From positions 315,400 to 379,399 of the forward strand of contig JAYQIX010000006.1 in assembly GCA_038141865.1 (NCBI GenBank): 64,000 nt of DNA, written 5' to 3'. Source of the DNA: Gammaproteobacteria bacterium (GTDB lineage: Bacteria; Pseudomonadota; Gammaproteobacteria; Magnimaribacterales; D2472). Under the pieces are notes generated by a model. It was not told where the DNA came from. It saw only the letters and a list, made by a program, of their open reading frames with translations, and searched no databases. This document shows, in pieces, positions 1-12,925 of this stretch. The stretch's first letter is position 1, and every line of letters begins with the position of its first letter. The position numbers were made by a program, and so were the translations under genes.

Positions 1-929
1 TAATACAGATAGCTCCTCTTGCTGCAATTGATAGAATACCAATTCCACGTTTGAATTTTTCTCATCCTGGAGTAAGAAAAGTTTTAATGGTAATGCTGCC
101 TGCTATCTTTGCTGGCGGGATTATGCAAATAAATATTTTAGTTGATACTATCTTTGCTTCTTTGCTTGAGACTGGGAGTCCAACCTGGTTATATATCTCA
201 GATAGATTAATCCAACTTCCAATGGGTATATTTGCAATTGCAATTGGAACGGTTCTGCTACCACTGTTATCAAAAATAGATTTTAAAAACAATAAGATTC
301 AATTTATTAATAATGTAAGAAAAAGCCAAAGGCTGGTTTTGTTGATTGGCCTCCCATCATGCATAGGTATTTATTTTTGTTCTGAAGCGATAATCGCTGC
401 TATTTTTTATAGAGGAGAGTTTACATATATTGATGTAATTAAAACTTCATTAAGCTTAAAGGTTTTAGCTCTAGGACTGCCATTTTTTATGTTGATGAAA
501 ATATTAATCCCATCATTTTTTTCAAGAAAATTAACAAGAGCCCCAGTTATTGTCGCAGCCATTTCTTTAATTTTAAATATATTATTGAATTATGTTTTTG
601 CTTTTATTTATGGCTATGGCCATATTGGCATTGCCATTGGTAGCGCTATTGCAGCACTAATAAGTGTATTAATTCTTGAGTTTATTTTAATTAAAGATGG
701 CGTAGTTAAGTTAGTGAACCCACTAAACAGATTTAATTTGACCTTGCTCTTATCCTGTTTAGTCTTATCTGTTTATCTTATTTGGTTTAATCAATATTTT
801 AGTTTTCAAGAAATGAATGCAATGCATAGAATAATGATTTTATTTACAGAGGTAATAAGCGCAATATTACTGTATTTTATATGTATTAAAGTTTTTTTAG
901 GCAATAAACTTAGACAAGTCATAAGTTAA
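1..929 (+). CDS. murJ: lipid II flippase MurJ (MviN), C-terminal ~300 aa; 5' end outside window
   Basis: Reading frame of ORF 51..929 is open to the window edge. Multi-TM protein with MurJ-like GSPTWLYISDRLIQLPMGIFAIAIGTVLLPLLS. Conserved murJ-ribF-ileS-lspA-ispH context. Confidence 0.85.
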   Translation, partial: IQIAPLAAIDRIPIPRLNFSHPGVRKVLMVMLPAIFAGGIMQINILVDTIFASLLETGSPTWLYISDRLIQLPMGIFAIAIGTVLLPLLSKIDFKNNKIQFINNVRKSQRLVLLIGLPSCIGIYFCSEAIIAAIFYRGEFTYIDVIKTSLSLKVLALGLPFFMLMKILIPSFFSRKLTRAPVIVAAISLILNILLNYVFAFIYGYGHIGIAIGSAIAALISVLILEFILIKDGVVKLVNPLNRFNLTLLLSCLVLSVYLIWFNQYFSFQEMNAMHRIMILFTEVISAILLYFICIKVFLGNKLRQVIS

Positions 930-933
930 TAAA

Positions 934-1902
934 ATGTATTTAATAAGAGGGCAAAATAACATTGATCTGTATAGAGAGAGATTTCCAGATGTTTCCCTAT
1001 GCGCTACTATTGGAAATTTTGACGGTCTTCATCTTGGCCACAAAACCATAATTAAATCTATAAAAAATCAAGCTTTGGAACGAGGTGCTAAAACAATTGT
1101 TTTTTTTACCGAACCACATGCATCTGAATATTTTGCAAAAAAAAATAATTCACTAGAGGGCTCACCTCCAAGAATTTCTCCTTGGAGAGAAAAAGTTAAA
1201 CTTCTTGATGAAGAGGGCATAGACTTTGGTTTTTTTCTTAAATTCAATGACTCCCTTAGATCAATGTCGCCTGAGGATTTTATTGAAAATATTCTAGGTT
1301 CTATGAATTTAATATCATTGAAAGTTGGAGATGATTTTAGGTTTGGGGCAAATAGAGCAGGCGATTATAAGTTTTTAAAAAGTTGGGGCAAAAACAACAT
1401 GATCGATATATCAAATACCCCCACATATAAGTTTGATGGTAGGCGAGTAAGCAGTTCATGGATACGAGAGTCGTTATTAACGCAAGCAATTTTAATTTGG
1501 CCTCTAGTTTACTTGGAAGGCCTTATACTTTTTCAGGCAAGATTGTTGGAGGTCAAAAGCTTGGGAGAACCATAGGGGTGCCTACTGCAAATTTATGGAT
1601 TCCTAAACAAAAACTTCCAATTTCAGGTGTTTATGCAGTCACTTGTACTTGATGGAAATTTATTGTCAGGTATTGCGAATATGGGCACCAGGCCTACGGT
1701 TGGTGGTACAAAGGCTGTTCTGGAGGTTCATATCTTTGATTTTAATGAAAATATATATGGTAAAAGAATTGAGGTTGAATTTAAGCATAAAATTAGAGAT
1801 GAAAAGAAGTTTAAAGATCTTAATCTGTTAAAATCTCAAATTCAAAAAGACATTGAAGTAGCTAAAGAGTTGCTAAACAAAGATTATGACCAAAAATTAT
1901 AG
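934..1902 (+). CDS. ribF: bifunctional riboflavin kinase/FMN adenylyltransferase RibF, split into 3 ORFs by two apparent single-base indels (~1478, ~1645)
   Basis: ORFs 934..1575, 1458..1652 and 1627..1902 join into one RibF-like sequence ([10 protein letters not shown] ... [10 protein letters not shown] ... [11 protein letters not shown] ... EVHIFDF). Confidence 0.85.
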
Positions 1903-4656
1903 GGAAACACTAAATCTACCTGAAACAGATTTATCTATGAAGGCTGGTCTGCCACGCAAGGAACCTGAAATACTAGATTTTTGGAATGAAATAGATTTGT
2001 ATGGAAAAATAAGAGCAAAACATAAAGGCAATAAGAGATTCATTCTTCATGATGGCCCTCCTTATGCAAATGGATCTATTCATCTAGGCCACTCAGTCAA
2101 TAAGATTTTAAAAGATATAACAATTAAATCTAAAACTCTAAATGGTTACGATGCTCCTTACGTTCCTGGATGGGATTGTCATGGCCTCCCTATTGAGCTG
2201 AATGTAGAAAAAAAAACACGGAAGAAGAAGTGAAGTTGTATCCGATAAGAAACAGTTTCAAAAAGCTTGCAAGGAATATGCTGTTACTCAAATTGAAAAC
2301 AAAAAGAGGACTTCATTAGATTGGGTGTATTAGGTGAGTGGGATAAGCCTTATCAGAGTTTAGATGCAACATTTGAAGCTGATGTAGTTAGAGCGCTTGG
2401 TAAAATATATGATGAAGGCCACATTCAAAAAGGTGAAAAACCTGTTAATTGGTGCCAAGATTGTGGTTCTGCCTTGGCAGAAGCTGAAGTTGAATATATG
2501 GATAAAATATCCAAATCCATTGATGTTGCATTTGATGTATCAACCGAGGGGCTAAAAATAATTAATAATGCTTTCAATCAAAAGGAAGTTAACAAAGTTT
2601 CATTTGTAATTTGGACAACTACTCCATGGACAATCCCTTCTAATGTCGCTGTTTGTATAAATCCCGAGCTTGAATATGCTCTTGTAAAAAAAGGTAAAGA
2701 ATTTTTAATTATTGCTGAGCAAATGATAGATTCTTGCTCTAAGAGATGGCAATCAAATCTTGAACTCATAGCAGTATCTAAAGGCAATAAATTTGGAAGA
2801 ATAAATCTTAAGCATCCATTTACAAATAGAGATTCAGTTTTGCTTGAAGGTAGTCATGTGACTACTGAGGCTGGAACTGGATGTGTTCATACCGCTCCAG
2901 CTCATGGTTTAGATGATTTCTTAGTTTGCAAGGAAAATAATATTGATGTTTACAAAGCTCTTAATGCTAGAGCTCTATTTACTGGTGAATTTGATTTTAT
3001 TGAAGGTTTGCCACCGCTAAAAGCAGATCCATTAATTATTGAAAAACTAGATGAAGTTGGCGCTTTAATCTGTGAAGAAAATTATGATCACTCATACCCA
3101 CATTGCTGGAGACATAAAACCCCATTAATTTTTACTGCTACCGCACAGTGGTTTATTTCAATGGATAAGTCTAACTTATTAAGTAAAGCTAAAAAATCTG
3201 TTGATGATGTTAAATGGGAGCCATCATGGGGGCTGCAAAGAATTAATTCTATGTTAACTGATAGGCCAGACTGGTGTATTTCAAGACAAAGAAACTGGGG
3301 TGTTCCTATTACACTAGTTATCCATAAAGAAACTGGAGAAATTCATCCAAATCAAAGTATTCTATTTGATCAAATTGCTGATTTAATTGAGCAAAATGGT
3401 ATATCTGTATGGGATGCTTTGGATTTATCAGAGCTTATAGATGATCATGAAGATTATATAAAAGTTACAGATTCATTGGATGTATGGTTTGATTCTGGGG
3501 TTACGCATTATGCTGTTACAGACAAGAGATTTGGAGAGGGTACTATTGCTGATTTATATCTTGAGGGTTCAGATCAGCACAGAGGATGGTTCCAATCCTC
3601 ATTACTTACTTCGATAGCTATCAATGATAGAGCGCCATATAAATCAGTTCTTACACACGGTTTCGTTGTTGATGAAAATGGAAGAAAACAGTCAAAATCT
3701 TTAGGTAATGTTGTTTCACCACAAAAGGTTTGGGATAGTTTAGGTGCAGATATTCTCCGTCTGTGGGTGGCGTCAACAGATTTTAGAAGTGAGATGGTGG
3801 CTTCAGATGAAATTCTAAAAAGAGTTTCTGATCAGTACAGAAGAATACGAAATACTCTAAGATTTGTTCTTGGTAACCTTCATGACTTTGATAAAGCCGA
3901 TGCAATTGATTTCCAAGATCAAGTTGAATTAGATAAATGGATTATCGATGCCACAAAGGAGCTAGAAAGCAAGGTTTTAAGTGATTATGAAAGCTATTCT
4001 TACCACACAGCAGTTCAAAAAATTCATAATTTTTGTGTAAATGAGCTTGGTGGAATTTATCTTGATATCGTTAAAGACAGGCTTTACACAACTGCTAAAA
4101 ATTCTGATGCTAGGAAGTCTTGTCAAACAAGTTTAGATTTTATTTGCAATGTTCTTGTTCGTCTTATTGCTCCAATTCTTTCCTTTACTGCCGAGGAAAT
4201 ATGGCAAACACATCCATCTCTCAAAGCTCAAGGTGATTCTATATTCCTAAATTCATACCATCAAAAAGAAATTAATGAAAACTCTCTCATTTCTAAAGAT
4301 GATTGGAATAGAATTTTTGAAATTAAAGATTTAGTAAATCAATCAATAGAAAAATTGAGATCTGAAAATAAAATTAAAGGATCACTTGATGCAATTGTTA
4401 CATTAAATTTAACAGAAAGTGATTTTAAGTTGCTTGAAAAAATTGGCGATGAATTACACTTTATTTTCATTTCATCTCATGCTTATATCAATTTAGCAAA
4501 AGAGTTTTCTATAGATATTTCTGTTTCAGATGAGCCAAAATGTACAAGATGCTGGCACAGATCTAGCTCAGTCGGAACCATTGAAGTCATGAAGAAGTTT
4601 GTTCAAGGTGTGTTGAAAATATCGAAAATAATGGAGAGCAAAGAAGCTTTGTATAA
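1886..4656 (+). CDS. ileS: isoleucine--tRNA ligase, interrupted by three apparent indels (A9 run 2208-2216, A5 run 2301-2305, ~4587)
   Basis: HLGH class I signature ([12 protein letters not shown]) and KSKS-type loop (KQSKSLGN). The middle piece ...[30 protein letters not shown] reads in a third frame. The true C-terminus [22 protein letters not shown] is in another frame and ends at TAA 4654-4656. Confidence 0.9.
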
Positions 4657-5119
4657 AAATCTCTCATATCTTTTAATACCTCTTTTGGTTTTAATAGATT
4701 TATTGATAAAAGATTACTCTGTTAAGTATTTAGAATTTGGAATGTCAGTAGACTTCATCCCATTGATAGATTTGCTGCTTATATATAATTCAGGCATAGC
4801 CTTTGGAATATTTGATTTAGATGAAAGAATTTTTTCCAATATTATTTTTGTTGTTGGACTATTTATAGTTATCTACTTATACAAATTAATGAACCAAGAG
4901 GATGTTTTGTTGCGAAAGTATTCTTTTGCATTGATTATTGGTGGGGCTTTGGGTAATTTAATTGATAGGATACCTGACGGCCAAGTCACTGATATGTTTC
5001 ATTTTCATACTTCAAACTTTTCTTTTTTTGTATTTAATCCTGCTGATGCTTTTATATCAGTCGGAGCAGTATTAATAATTTATAGTGAGCTTTTTTATAA
5101 CAATGAAACCACGAAATAG
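4631..5119 (+). CDS. lspA: lipoprotein signal peptidase II
   Basis: C-terminal part of ORF 2321..5119 from ATG 4631 ([21 protein letters not shown]...). LspA motifs [31 protein letters not shown]. Overlaps the corrected ileS end by 26 nt. Confidence 0.85.
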   Translation: MESKEALYKNLSYLLIPLLVLIDLLIKDYSVKYLEFGMSVDFIPLIDLLLIYNSGIAFGIFDLDERIFSNIIFVVGLFIVIYLYKLMNQEDVLLRKYSFALIIGGALGNLIDRIPDGQVTDMFHFHTSNFSFFVFNPADAFISVGAVLIIYSELFYNNETTK

Positions 5120-6052
5120 GCAAATAAAACTTGCTAATCCAAGAGGGTTTTGTGCAGGTGTTGATAGGGCAATAGATATTGTAAATAGAGCTCTAGAAGT
5201 TCATGGAGCTCCTGTATATGTTAAACATGAAGTTGTTCATAATAAATTTGTGGTAGAGGATCTTAAAAGTAGAGGCGCAATATTTGTTGAAGAAATAGAT
5301 GAAATACCTGATGAATCATTGGTTATTTTTAGCGCACATGGAGTTTCAAACAAGGTAGAAACTGAAACAAAAGAACGTAATCTCAATTTTTATGATGCAA
5401 CCTGCCCGCTGGTAACAAAAGTACATATGGAGGTAGTAAGAAATTCAAGAGCTAGCAGAGATATAATCTTGATTGGTCATGAAGGACATCCTGAAGTAGA
5501 AGGAACTATGGGTAGGCACATTAACAAGGAAAATAGTTTTATATATTTAGTTCAGGATGAAGATGAGGCCAAAGCACTAGAGGTTGATAATCCAGATAAT
5601 CTTTCAATAGTCACACAGACAACCTTAAGTGTTGACGATACAAGCTCTATTATCAATATCCTAAAAAGAAGATTCCCTCTCATTAAAGTACCTAAAAAAG
5701 ATGATATTTGTTATGCAACACAAAATAGGCAAGATGCCGTTAAGCAGCTTGCTTTAGAATCTGATTACATGATTGTTGTGGGCTCAATAAATAGCTCAAA
5801 TTCAAATAGACTTAAAGAACTTGCTGAGAAAGGTGTGGATGTAAGTCTGTTTTAATTGATGAATTTGATGATTTGGAATTGTCAGAGCTTGATGGCTACA
5901 ATAATATTTCAATTACAGCTGGCGCTTCAGCTCCAGAAGAAAGGGTTCAAGAAGTGGCAAATGCATTAAAAGAACATTTGGGAGCTTCTGTCTTAGAGAG
6001 TGGTGATGATAAAGAAAATATTTATTTTAAGCTTCCACCTGCTTTAAGATAA
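5103..6052 (+). CDS. ispH: 4-hydroxy-3-methylbut-2-enyl diphosphate reductase, one apparent indel near 5843
   Basis: [24 protein letters not shown] matches the IspH N-terminus. After ORF stop 5855 the protein continues in another frame ([33 protein letters not shown]...) to TAA 6050-6052. Confidence 0.88.
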
Positions 6053-6592
6053 ATGAAGATAGTAAATCATATTCTTCAAGACGTAGTATATAAAGAGTCA
6101 CCAAATTTCAACGAAAGGCCCAAAAATCAAGAGATTGATTTAATTGTGATTCATTCAATCAGTCTTCCTCCAAGGATTTATAACAGGGACCATATAGAAA
6201 AGTTCTTTTTAAACAAGTTAGATGTTTCACTCCATAGCTTTTATGAAGAAATTAAAGATTTAAAAGTGTCGGCCCATATTTTAATCAAAAGATCTGGAGA
6301 AGTTATTCAGTTTGTGCCGTTTAATAAAAGAGCGTGGCATGCAGGAAAATCAAGCTTCAATGGAGTGGATGATTGCAATAATTTTTCAATTGGAATAGAA
6401 CTAGAGGGCTCAGATGAAGATTATTTTGAGGAGGATCAATATGAAACATTATGCAGATTAACCTCATTACTAATGTCAGAATACAATTTAATCACCAAAG
6501 AACGTATTAAAGGGCATTCAGATATTGCTCCTGGCAGGAAAACAGATCCTGGTAATTTATTTGATTGGAGCAGATACTTAGATAATGTATAA
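6053..6592 (+). CDS. ampD: 1,6-anhydro-N-acetylmuramyl-L-alanine amidase AmpD
   Basis: Amidase_2-type sequence (IVIHSISLPP, AWHAGKS, GHSDIAPGRKTDPG). Adjacent to ampG. Confidence 0.85.
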   Translation: MKIVNHILQDVVYKESPNFNERPKNQEIDLIVIHSISLPPRIYNRDHIEKFFLNKLDVSLHSFYEEIKDLKVSAHILIKRSGEVIQFVPFNKRAWHAGKSSFNGVDDCNNFSIGIELEGSDEDYFEEDQYETLCRLTSLLMSEYNLITKERIKGHSDIAPGRKTDPGNLFDWSRYLDNV

Positions 6593-7842
6593 CATAAAAA
6601 AAATGTTTGTAATGTTTGCTTTGGGTTTTGGCTCTGGTTTGCCTTATATCCTTTTAATAAGTACATCCACAGCATGGTTGCGAGATGTGAATATTGATCT
6701 TAGTTATATAGGTTTTTTTACATGGTTAACTTTTGCATATTCATTTAAATTTTTATGGGCGCCGCTTGTAGATCGTTTTTCAATTCCATTTCTTTCTGCA
6801 TGCGGCCATAGAAAAAGCTGGATAGCATTCATGCAGCTCATAATTTTTATAAGTTTGATTTTGATCTCAAATATTGATCCTGCTAGTAGTTTTGTTTTAT
6901 TTTGTATTATTGCTGGAACTATTGCTTTTGCCGGCTCAATTCAAGATATTGCTATAGATGCTTTTAGAATAGAGTATGCTCCAATCAGAGATCAAGGAAA
7001 TCTTGCTGCTGCTTATCAGTTAGGTTATAGATTAGCAATTATAGCGGCTACTTCACTGGCTCTAATATTTGCAGATATTAATGGTTGGTCATTAACTTTC
7101 AAATTAATGGCTGGCTTGATGTGTTTAGGCCTATTGGGAGTCCTCTTTTCAACAGAAGAGAAGAATGATGAGCTAGGAGAGCTTAAATTTAGAGATTCCA
7201 TAATACTGCCCCTTAAAGATTTTTTCTCTCGGTTTACGTCATTTTATCGCAGCCTTTCTTCTTCTTATTATAGCAACTTACAGACTTACAGATATTGTAA
7301 TGGGCCCAATGGCAACTCCATTCTATTTGGATATGGGCTATTCGCTTACTGAAATAGGTGCGGTTGTAAAAGTTGTTGCTCTTATTGCATCTATAATTGG
7401 AATATTCTTAGGTGGAATTCTTATTAAGAAAATAAGAATATATAAATCGCTAATGGCTGGAGCATTTTTAGTAATGATAACTAATTTGTTATTTGCTTAT
7501 GTTGCTGTAAGCGACAAAAATATAATATCACTTGCAAGTATAGTGGCTATGGATAGCCTGGCAGCAGGGATAGTAGGAACAGTTAACATTGCTTTTCTTT
7601 CAAGCCTTGTTTCAAAAAAATATACAGGTTTTCAATATGCTTTATTAACAGGCTTCATGGCTGGCCCTGGTTTTTTGCTTAAAGGCTTATCTGGAATGTG
7701 GGTAGAAAATCTTCAAGAGATTTATGGTTTTTATTATGGTTGGATGGGTTTTTATATAACAACTTCTTTACTTACATTGCCATGCATTCTTCTTCTTCTA
7801 AACACAAGAAAATTTTTGACTAGTTATGAAAAGTCTTTATAG
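6585..7842 (+). CDS. ampG: muropeptide permease AmpG (MFS), one apparent indel ~7215-7260
   Basis: ORFs 6585..7352 and 7300..7842 join into one AmpG-like 12-TM protein (LGFGSGLPYIL, FKFLWAPLVDRF). Confidence 0.8.
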
Positions 7843-8164
7843 ATTAATCTTTGCTTCAGCTCTTTTAATTACTTTTTACTTTAGTATCGTACCTGCCTCA
7901 GATATTCCTAATTTTGCTGCATTAACATTTCTAAGCGATAAGTTTGTTCATGCTTTGATTTATTTTTCTTTAGCTTTTATCGGGTTAAATTGTTATTTTA
8001 ACTTGCCAAATATATATCTATTGGTTTTTATTTTTACCTTTGGTTTGATTATTGAGATAGTTCATTATTATCATCCGTATAGGTTTTTTGAAATTGCTGA
8101 TTTGATTGCAAACTTATTAGGAATATTATTCGCTTCATTTTTATTTAAAAAAAAGATTATTTAA
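7826..8164 (+). CDS. VanZ-like small membrane protein
   Basis: 112 aa, 4 TM. DKFVHALIYFSL ... IIEIVHYY ... DLIANLLG pattern typical of the VanZ family. Confidence 0.6.
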   Translation: MKSLYRLIFASALLITFYFSIVPASDIPNFAALTFLSDKFVHALIYFSLAFIGLNCYFNLPNIYLLVFIFTFGLIIEIVHYYHPYRFFEIADLIANLLGILFASFLFKKKII

Positions 8165-8257
8165 TCTATTGATTTCTTGAATTTAGGCCATAACTATTGG
8201 ATATAATATTGAGCTAATTTAAAACTCATATAATAATTTTTTACTAGGAGAGAAGTT

Positions 8258-8548
8258 ATGAAATTAAGACCTTTGCATGATAGGGTTGTAGTAGAAAGAA
8301 AGGAAGAGGAAAAAACATCAGCTGGTGGCATCATTCTTTCAGGAACAGCTACTGAGAAGCCTTCACAGGGTGAGGTAATTGCTGTTGGACCAGGCAAAAA
8401 AAATGAATCTGGAGACGTTGCGCCAATGGGAGTAAGCGTTGGTGATACGGTTATCTTTGGCCAATATGGTGGCAGCGAAGTAAAAATTGATGGGCAAGAA
8501 TATCTTATTCTAAGCGAAAGCGATATTTTTGGCGTTATTGAATCTTAA
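8258..8548 (+). CDS. groES: co-chaperonin GroES
   Basis: [27 protein letters not shown]... canonical GroES. RBS AGGAGAG upstream. Confidence 0.97.
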   Translation: MKLRPLHDRVVVERKEEEKTSAGGIILSGTATEKPSQGEVIAVGPGKKNESGDVAPMGVSVGDTVIFGQYGGSEVKIDGQEYLILSESDIFGVIES

Positions 8549-8554
8549 ATTTAA

Positions 8555-10216
<1,662 letters not shown>

Positions 10217-10234
10217 CCCCAAGCTCTATAAATT

Positions 10235-10265
10235 AAAAAAACGAGGCTTTAGCCTCGTTTTTTGT
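10235..10265. terminator. rho-independent terminator after groEL (A-tract/hairpin/T-tract, potentially bidirectional)
   Basis: aaaaaaACGAGGCtttaGCCTCGTttttttg: 7-bp GC-rich stem followed by a T run, 20 nt after the groEL stop. Confidence 0.8.
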
Positions 10266-10331
10266 TTTATAGCCTTTATAAATTTTAATTTTAAGATAAT
10301 ATTGTAGTAACACTTTTTTAGGGAGAAAAAA

Positions 10332-10964
10332 ATGGATCTTTTAGATGTTTTGTTTAGAGCTTTGCATATCTTATTTGGTATTGCTTGGATAGGATTACTT
10401 TACTACTTTAATTTTGTTCAAACTGAATACTTTAAAGTCTCAGAACCATCAGCAAAGTCTGATGTTGTTCAAAAGCTTGTACCTAACGCACTCTGGTATT
10501 TTAGATATGCTGCATTATTCACATTTCTTACAGGGCTATATCTTATTCATTACTTGAGTATTGCTATCAATGTAAGCATTATTCTTGGTGCTGTAATGGG
10601 AACTTTAATGTTTTTAAATGTTTGGCTAATTATTTGGCCTAACCAAAAGAAAGTTATCGCAGGCGCAGCAGACGCTGCTGATGCAGGCGCTAAAGCAGGC
10701 TTGGCATCTAGAACAAATACTTTATTTTCAATACCTATGCTTTGGTTTATGGTTTACTCTGCTCATGGAAGTGCTATTGGAAATGTAATACTTTCCGTTG
10801 AAGAATCTTTGACTGCTCTTTGGGTTGGTTTATTGATAATCCTAGCAATTGAAGCCAATGCAATTTTTGGAAAAATGAATGTAGCAATAACATCAGTTAA
10901 GGCTGTAATACATTCAGGAGTCGCTTTAACTGTTATTTTGGGTCTTCTTGTTTGCTATTTATAG
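10332..10964 (+). CDS. conserved integral membrane protein, function unknown
   Basis: 210 aa, about 5-6 hydrophobic helices. RBS GGGAGA upstream. Stand-alone gene bracketed by two terminators. No family confidently recognised. Confidence 0.6.
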   Translation: MDLLDVLFRALHILFGIAWIGLLYYFNFVQTEYFKVSEPSAKSDVVQKLVPNALWYFRYAALFTFLTGLYLIHYLSIAINVSIILGAVMGTLMFLNVWLIIWPNQKKVIAGAADAADAGAKAGLASRTNTLFSIPMLWFMVYSAHGSAIGNVILSVEESLTALWVGLLIILAIEANAIFGKMNVAITSVKAVIHSGVALTVILGLLVCYL

Positions 10965-10980
10965 ATTTAAAAATTAGTTG

Positions 10981-11008
10981 AAAAAGAGAGGCTTATGCCT
11001 CTCTTTTT
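10981..11008. terminator. bidirectional rho-independent terminator between convergent genes
   Basis: AAAAAGAGAGGCttatGCCTCTCTTTTT: perfect 12-bp arms. The stop codon of the minus-strand gene (10993-10995) lies in the loop. Confidence 0.75.
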
Positions 11009-12252
11009 ATTTTAACTCTTGAAATAAAGTTATCTTCAATATCTAAAATTTCATATTTATATTTCTCTATCTGCAAACATAGGTTTGCTTGAGGAATAAA
11101 ATCTAAATGTTCTGTAATTAAGCCATTTATAGTTTTTGAATTTTCTTCATTAATATCCCAATCTAAAGCTTTATTTATATCTCTAATTTTAAAATTACCA
11201 TTTGTTAATATTGAATCATTTTTGAGCTTAACAAAATCGGTATCTGGATCTGATGTGCTCTCATTCCCAAATTTACCTACTATTTCCTTAAATATGTCTT
11301 CAATAGTAATTAATCCCTGTATTTCGCCATATTCATCAACAACTAACCCCATATTTCTATCATGAACTTGAAATTCTTTAAGCTGCTTCATTAATGCAGT
11401 TGATTGAGAAACAAAGTAGGATTTAAGTAACAACCCTTTGAGTTCTTCATTGCTTTCATATCTATTAATAAATTCGTTCGAATCTTTTAGATGAAGTATT
11501 CCGACAATATTATCAATATCATTTTCATAAACTGGTAGTCTTGTGTATTCGGCTGATTCAATTATTTTTTTAGCTGCATTTGTATTCGCATTAAGATCTA
11601 TACCAATGATTTCAGAGATAGGGACCATAATATCCTCTACAACAAGCTCTTCCATCCCAAGCACTGAAGATAAGATATATCTGTAACTTTTTGGAATTAG
11701 GTCTCCAGAATCATCAAGCAGCGTTTTAAGCTCTTCTGTATTTAGATTATCATTATCATTTGCATCTTTTAAATCAACATTAAAAATATTTAAGAAATAA
11801 GAGCTAATTTTATTAATTAAAACAATTAAGGGTCTAAATACATACAATAGGCTTTTCAGCAAAAGCGATGACTTTGTTGCAAAAGCCTCTGGTTTTATAG
11901 CAGCTATTGTTTTAGGAGTTATTTCAGAAAAAATTAGTATAACAATAGTTAAGATCACAGATCCAAGTAATACATTTCCATTGAAGTACTCAATCATAAT
12001 TATAGTAACAATTGCAGAAGCCAATATATTTGCAAAGTTATTACCAACCAAAATCGTTGATAGAAGGTGATCTGGTCTTTTTAGGAGTTCAATGGCTCTG
12101 GCAGCTCCTTTATGTGATTTCTTAGATAGATTTTTTAGCTTAACTTTGTTAGAAGCCATCATTCCTGTTTCTGAGCCAGAAAAAAAGCCACTTAAAACAA
12201 GTAGTCCAGCAAGAGAAGATAATAAAAATGTTAAGGATGGATTTTCTATCAT
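10993..12252 (-). CDS. CNNM/CorB-type transporter (DUF21 TM domain, CBS pair, CorC_HlyC domain)
   Basis: 419 aa. N-terminal 4-TM DUF21-like region (GFFSGSETGMMA), central CBS pair, C-terminal transporter-associated domain. Resembles E. coli YfjD/CorB. Confidence 0.8.
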   Translation of the reverse strand: MIENPSLTFLLSSLAGLLVLSGFFSGSETGMMASNKVKLKNLSKKSHKGAARAIELLKRPDHLLSTILVGNNFANILASAIVTIIMIEYFNGNVLLGSVILTIVILIFSEITPKTIAAIKPEAFATKSSLLLKSLLYVFRPLIVLINKISSYFLNIFNVDLKDANDNDNLNTEELKTLLDDSGDLIPKSYRYILSSVLGMEELVVEDIMVPISEIIGIDLNANTNAAKKIIESAEYTRLPVYENDIDNIVGILHLKDSNEFINRYESNEELKGLLLKSYFVSQSTALMKQLKEFQVHDRNMGLVVDEYGEIQGLITIEDIFKEIVGKFGNESTSDPDTDFVKLKNDSILTNGNFKIRDINKALDWDINEENSKTINGLITEHLDFIPQANLCLQIEKYKYEILDIEDNFISRVKIKREA

Positions 12253-12255
12253 TTA

Positions 12256-12822
12256 TTAATTATAGATGAATAACACATTGCCTAGATATGCAATCCAAAC
12301 CGCGCATAAGGCTATAAACAAATTCCTAACAGCACTTTTAATAGTCAAGTTAAATTTCTTTATACCAATCAAAGTTATCACATATATAAATAATGCTATA
12401 GATGCAAAAATAATCTTAATAATTAAGTTTGTTGTAAATACTGATTGAATAATAAAACCTGATAAGAAGGAAAGTATTAAAAACAATAAACCAGCTCCTA
12501 AAATCTTTAAAACTATCTTATACCCTTTTTCTATAGACAAGCTGGAAAGGTTATCAAAATCGCCTTTTTTCACATCAAGCATTTTCTTCTCTAAACTAAC
12601 CATTTCATAAAATGCAATAAACAAGAAGATTAGACTTAAACCGGTTACTATAAAATGCATATCTGAGATATTTCCAATACCCCCATAAGTTAATGCATAC
12701 AAGAATATGTATGAAATTGAGGATACAATTGAAGAAATATAAGTAGATCTTCTATCTTTAAGGAAGACTCTTAGGAAAAAATATATAATTACCGATAAGG
12801 TAACTTGTGTAATAAAGTTCAT
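12256..12822 (-). CDS. integral membrane protein (possibly YpjD / cytochrome c assembly-like family)
   Basis: 188 aa polytopic membrane ORF, 3 nt upstream of the corB-like gene, mirroring the E. coli ypjD-yfjD pairing. Assignment is by context only. Confidence 0.45.
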   Translation of the reverse strand: MNFITQVTLSVIIYFFLRVFLKDRRSTYISSIVSSISYIFLYALTYGGIGNISDMHFIVTGLSLIFLFIAFYEMVSLEKKMLDVKKGDFDNLSSLSIEKGYKIVLKILGAGLLFLILSFLSGFIIQSVFTTNLIIKIIFASIALFIYVITLIGIKKFNLTIKSAVRNLFIALCAVWIAYLGNVLFIYN

Positions 12823-12925
12823 TTATTTAATTATAAAAGCAAAAGTTTTTTATTAATACTATGAATATTAGTTAGGTTAACCTAAAATACACATCTTTTT
12901 AAACATTGAGAATAAATACAGAAAT

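Noticed and set aside
2321-5119. 932-aa ORF that looks like an IleS-LspA fusion protein
   Set aside because: The canonical IleS C-terminus ([22 protein letters not shown]) is present in another frame and ends at 4656. A one-base indel near 4587 throws ileS into the lspA frame. lspA has its own ATG at 4631.
8160-8257. Heat-shock (sigma32) promoter upstream of groES
   Set aside because: A CTTGAA element is present at 8176-8181, but no CCCCATNT-like -10 lies at the required 13-15-bp spacing. A TTGAAT...TATAAT pair has a 19-bp spacer. The evidence is too weak to annotate.
8194-8397. 67-aa minus-strand ORF overlapping the groES start
   Set aside because: It is antisense to the groES coding sequence and promoter region, with no homology features. 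It is a shadow ORF.
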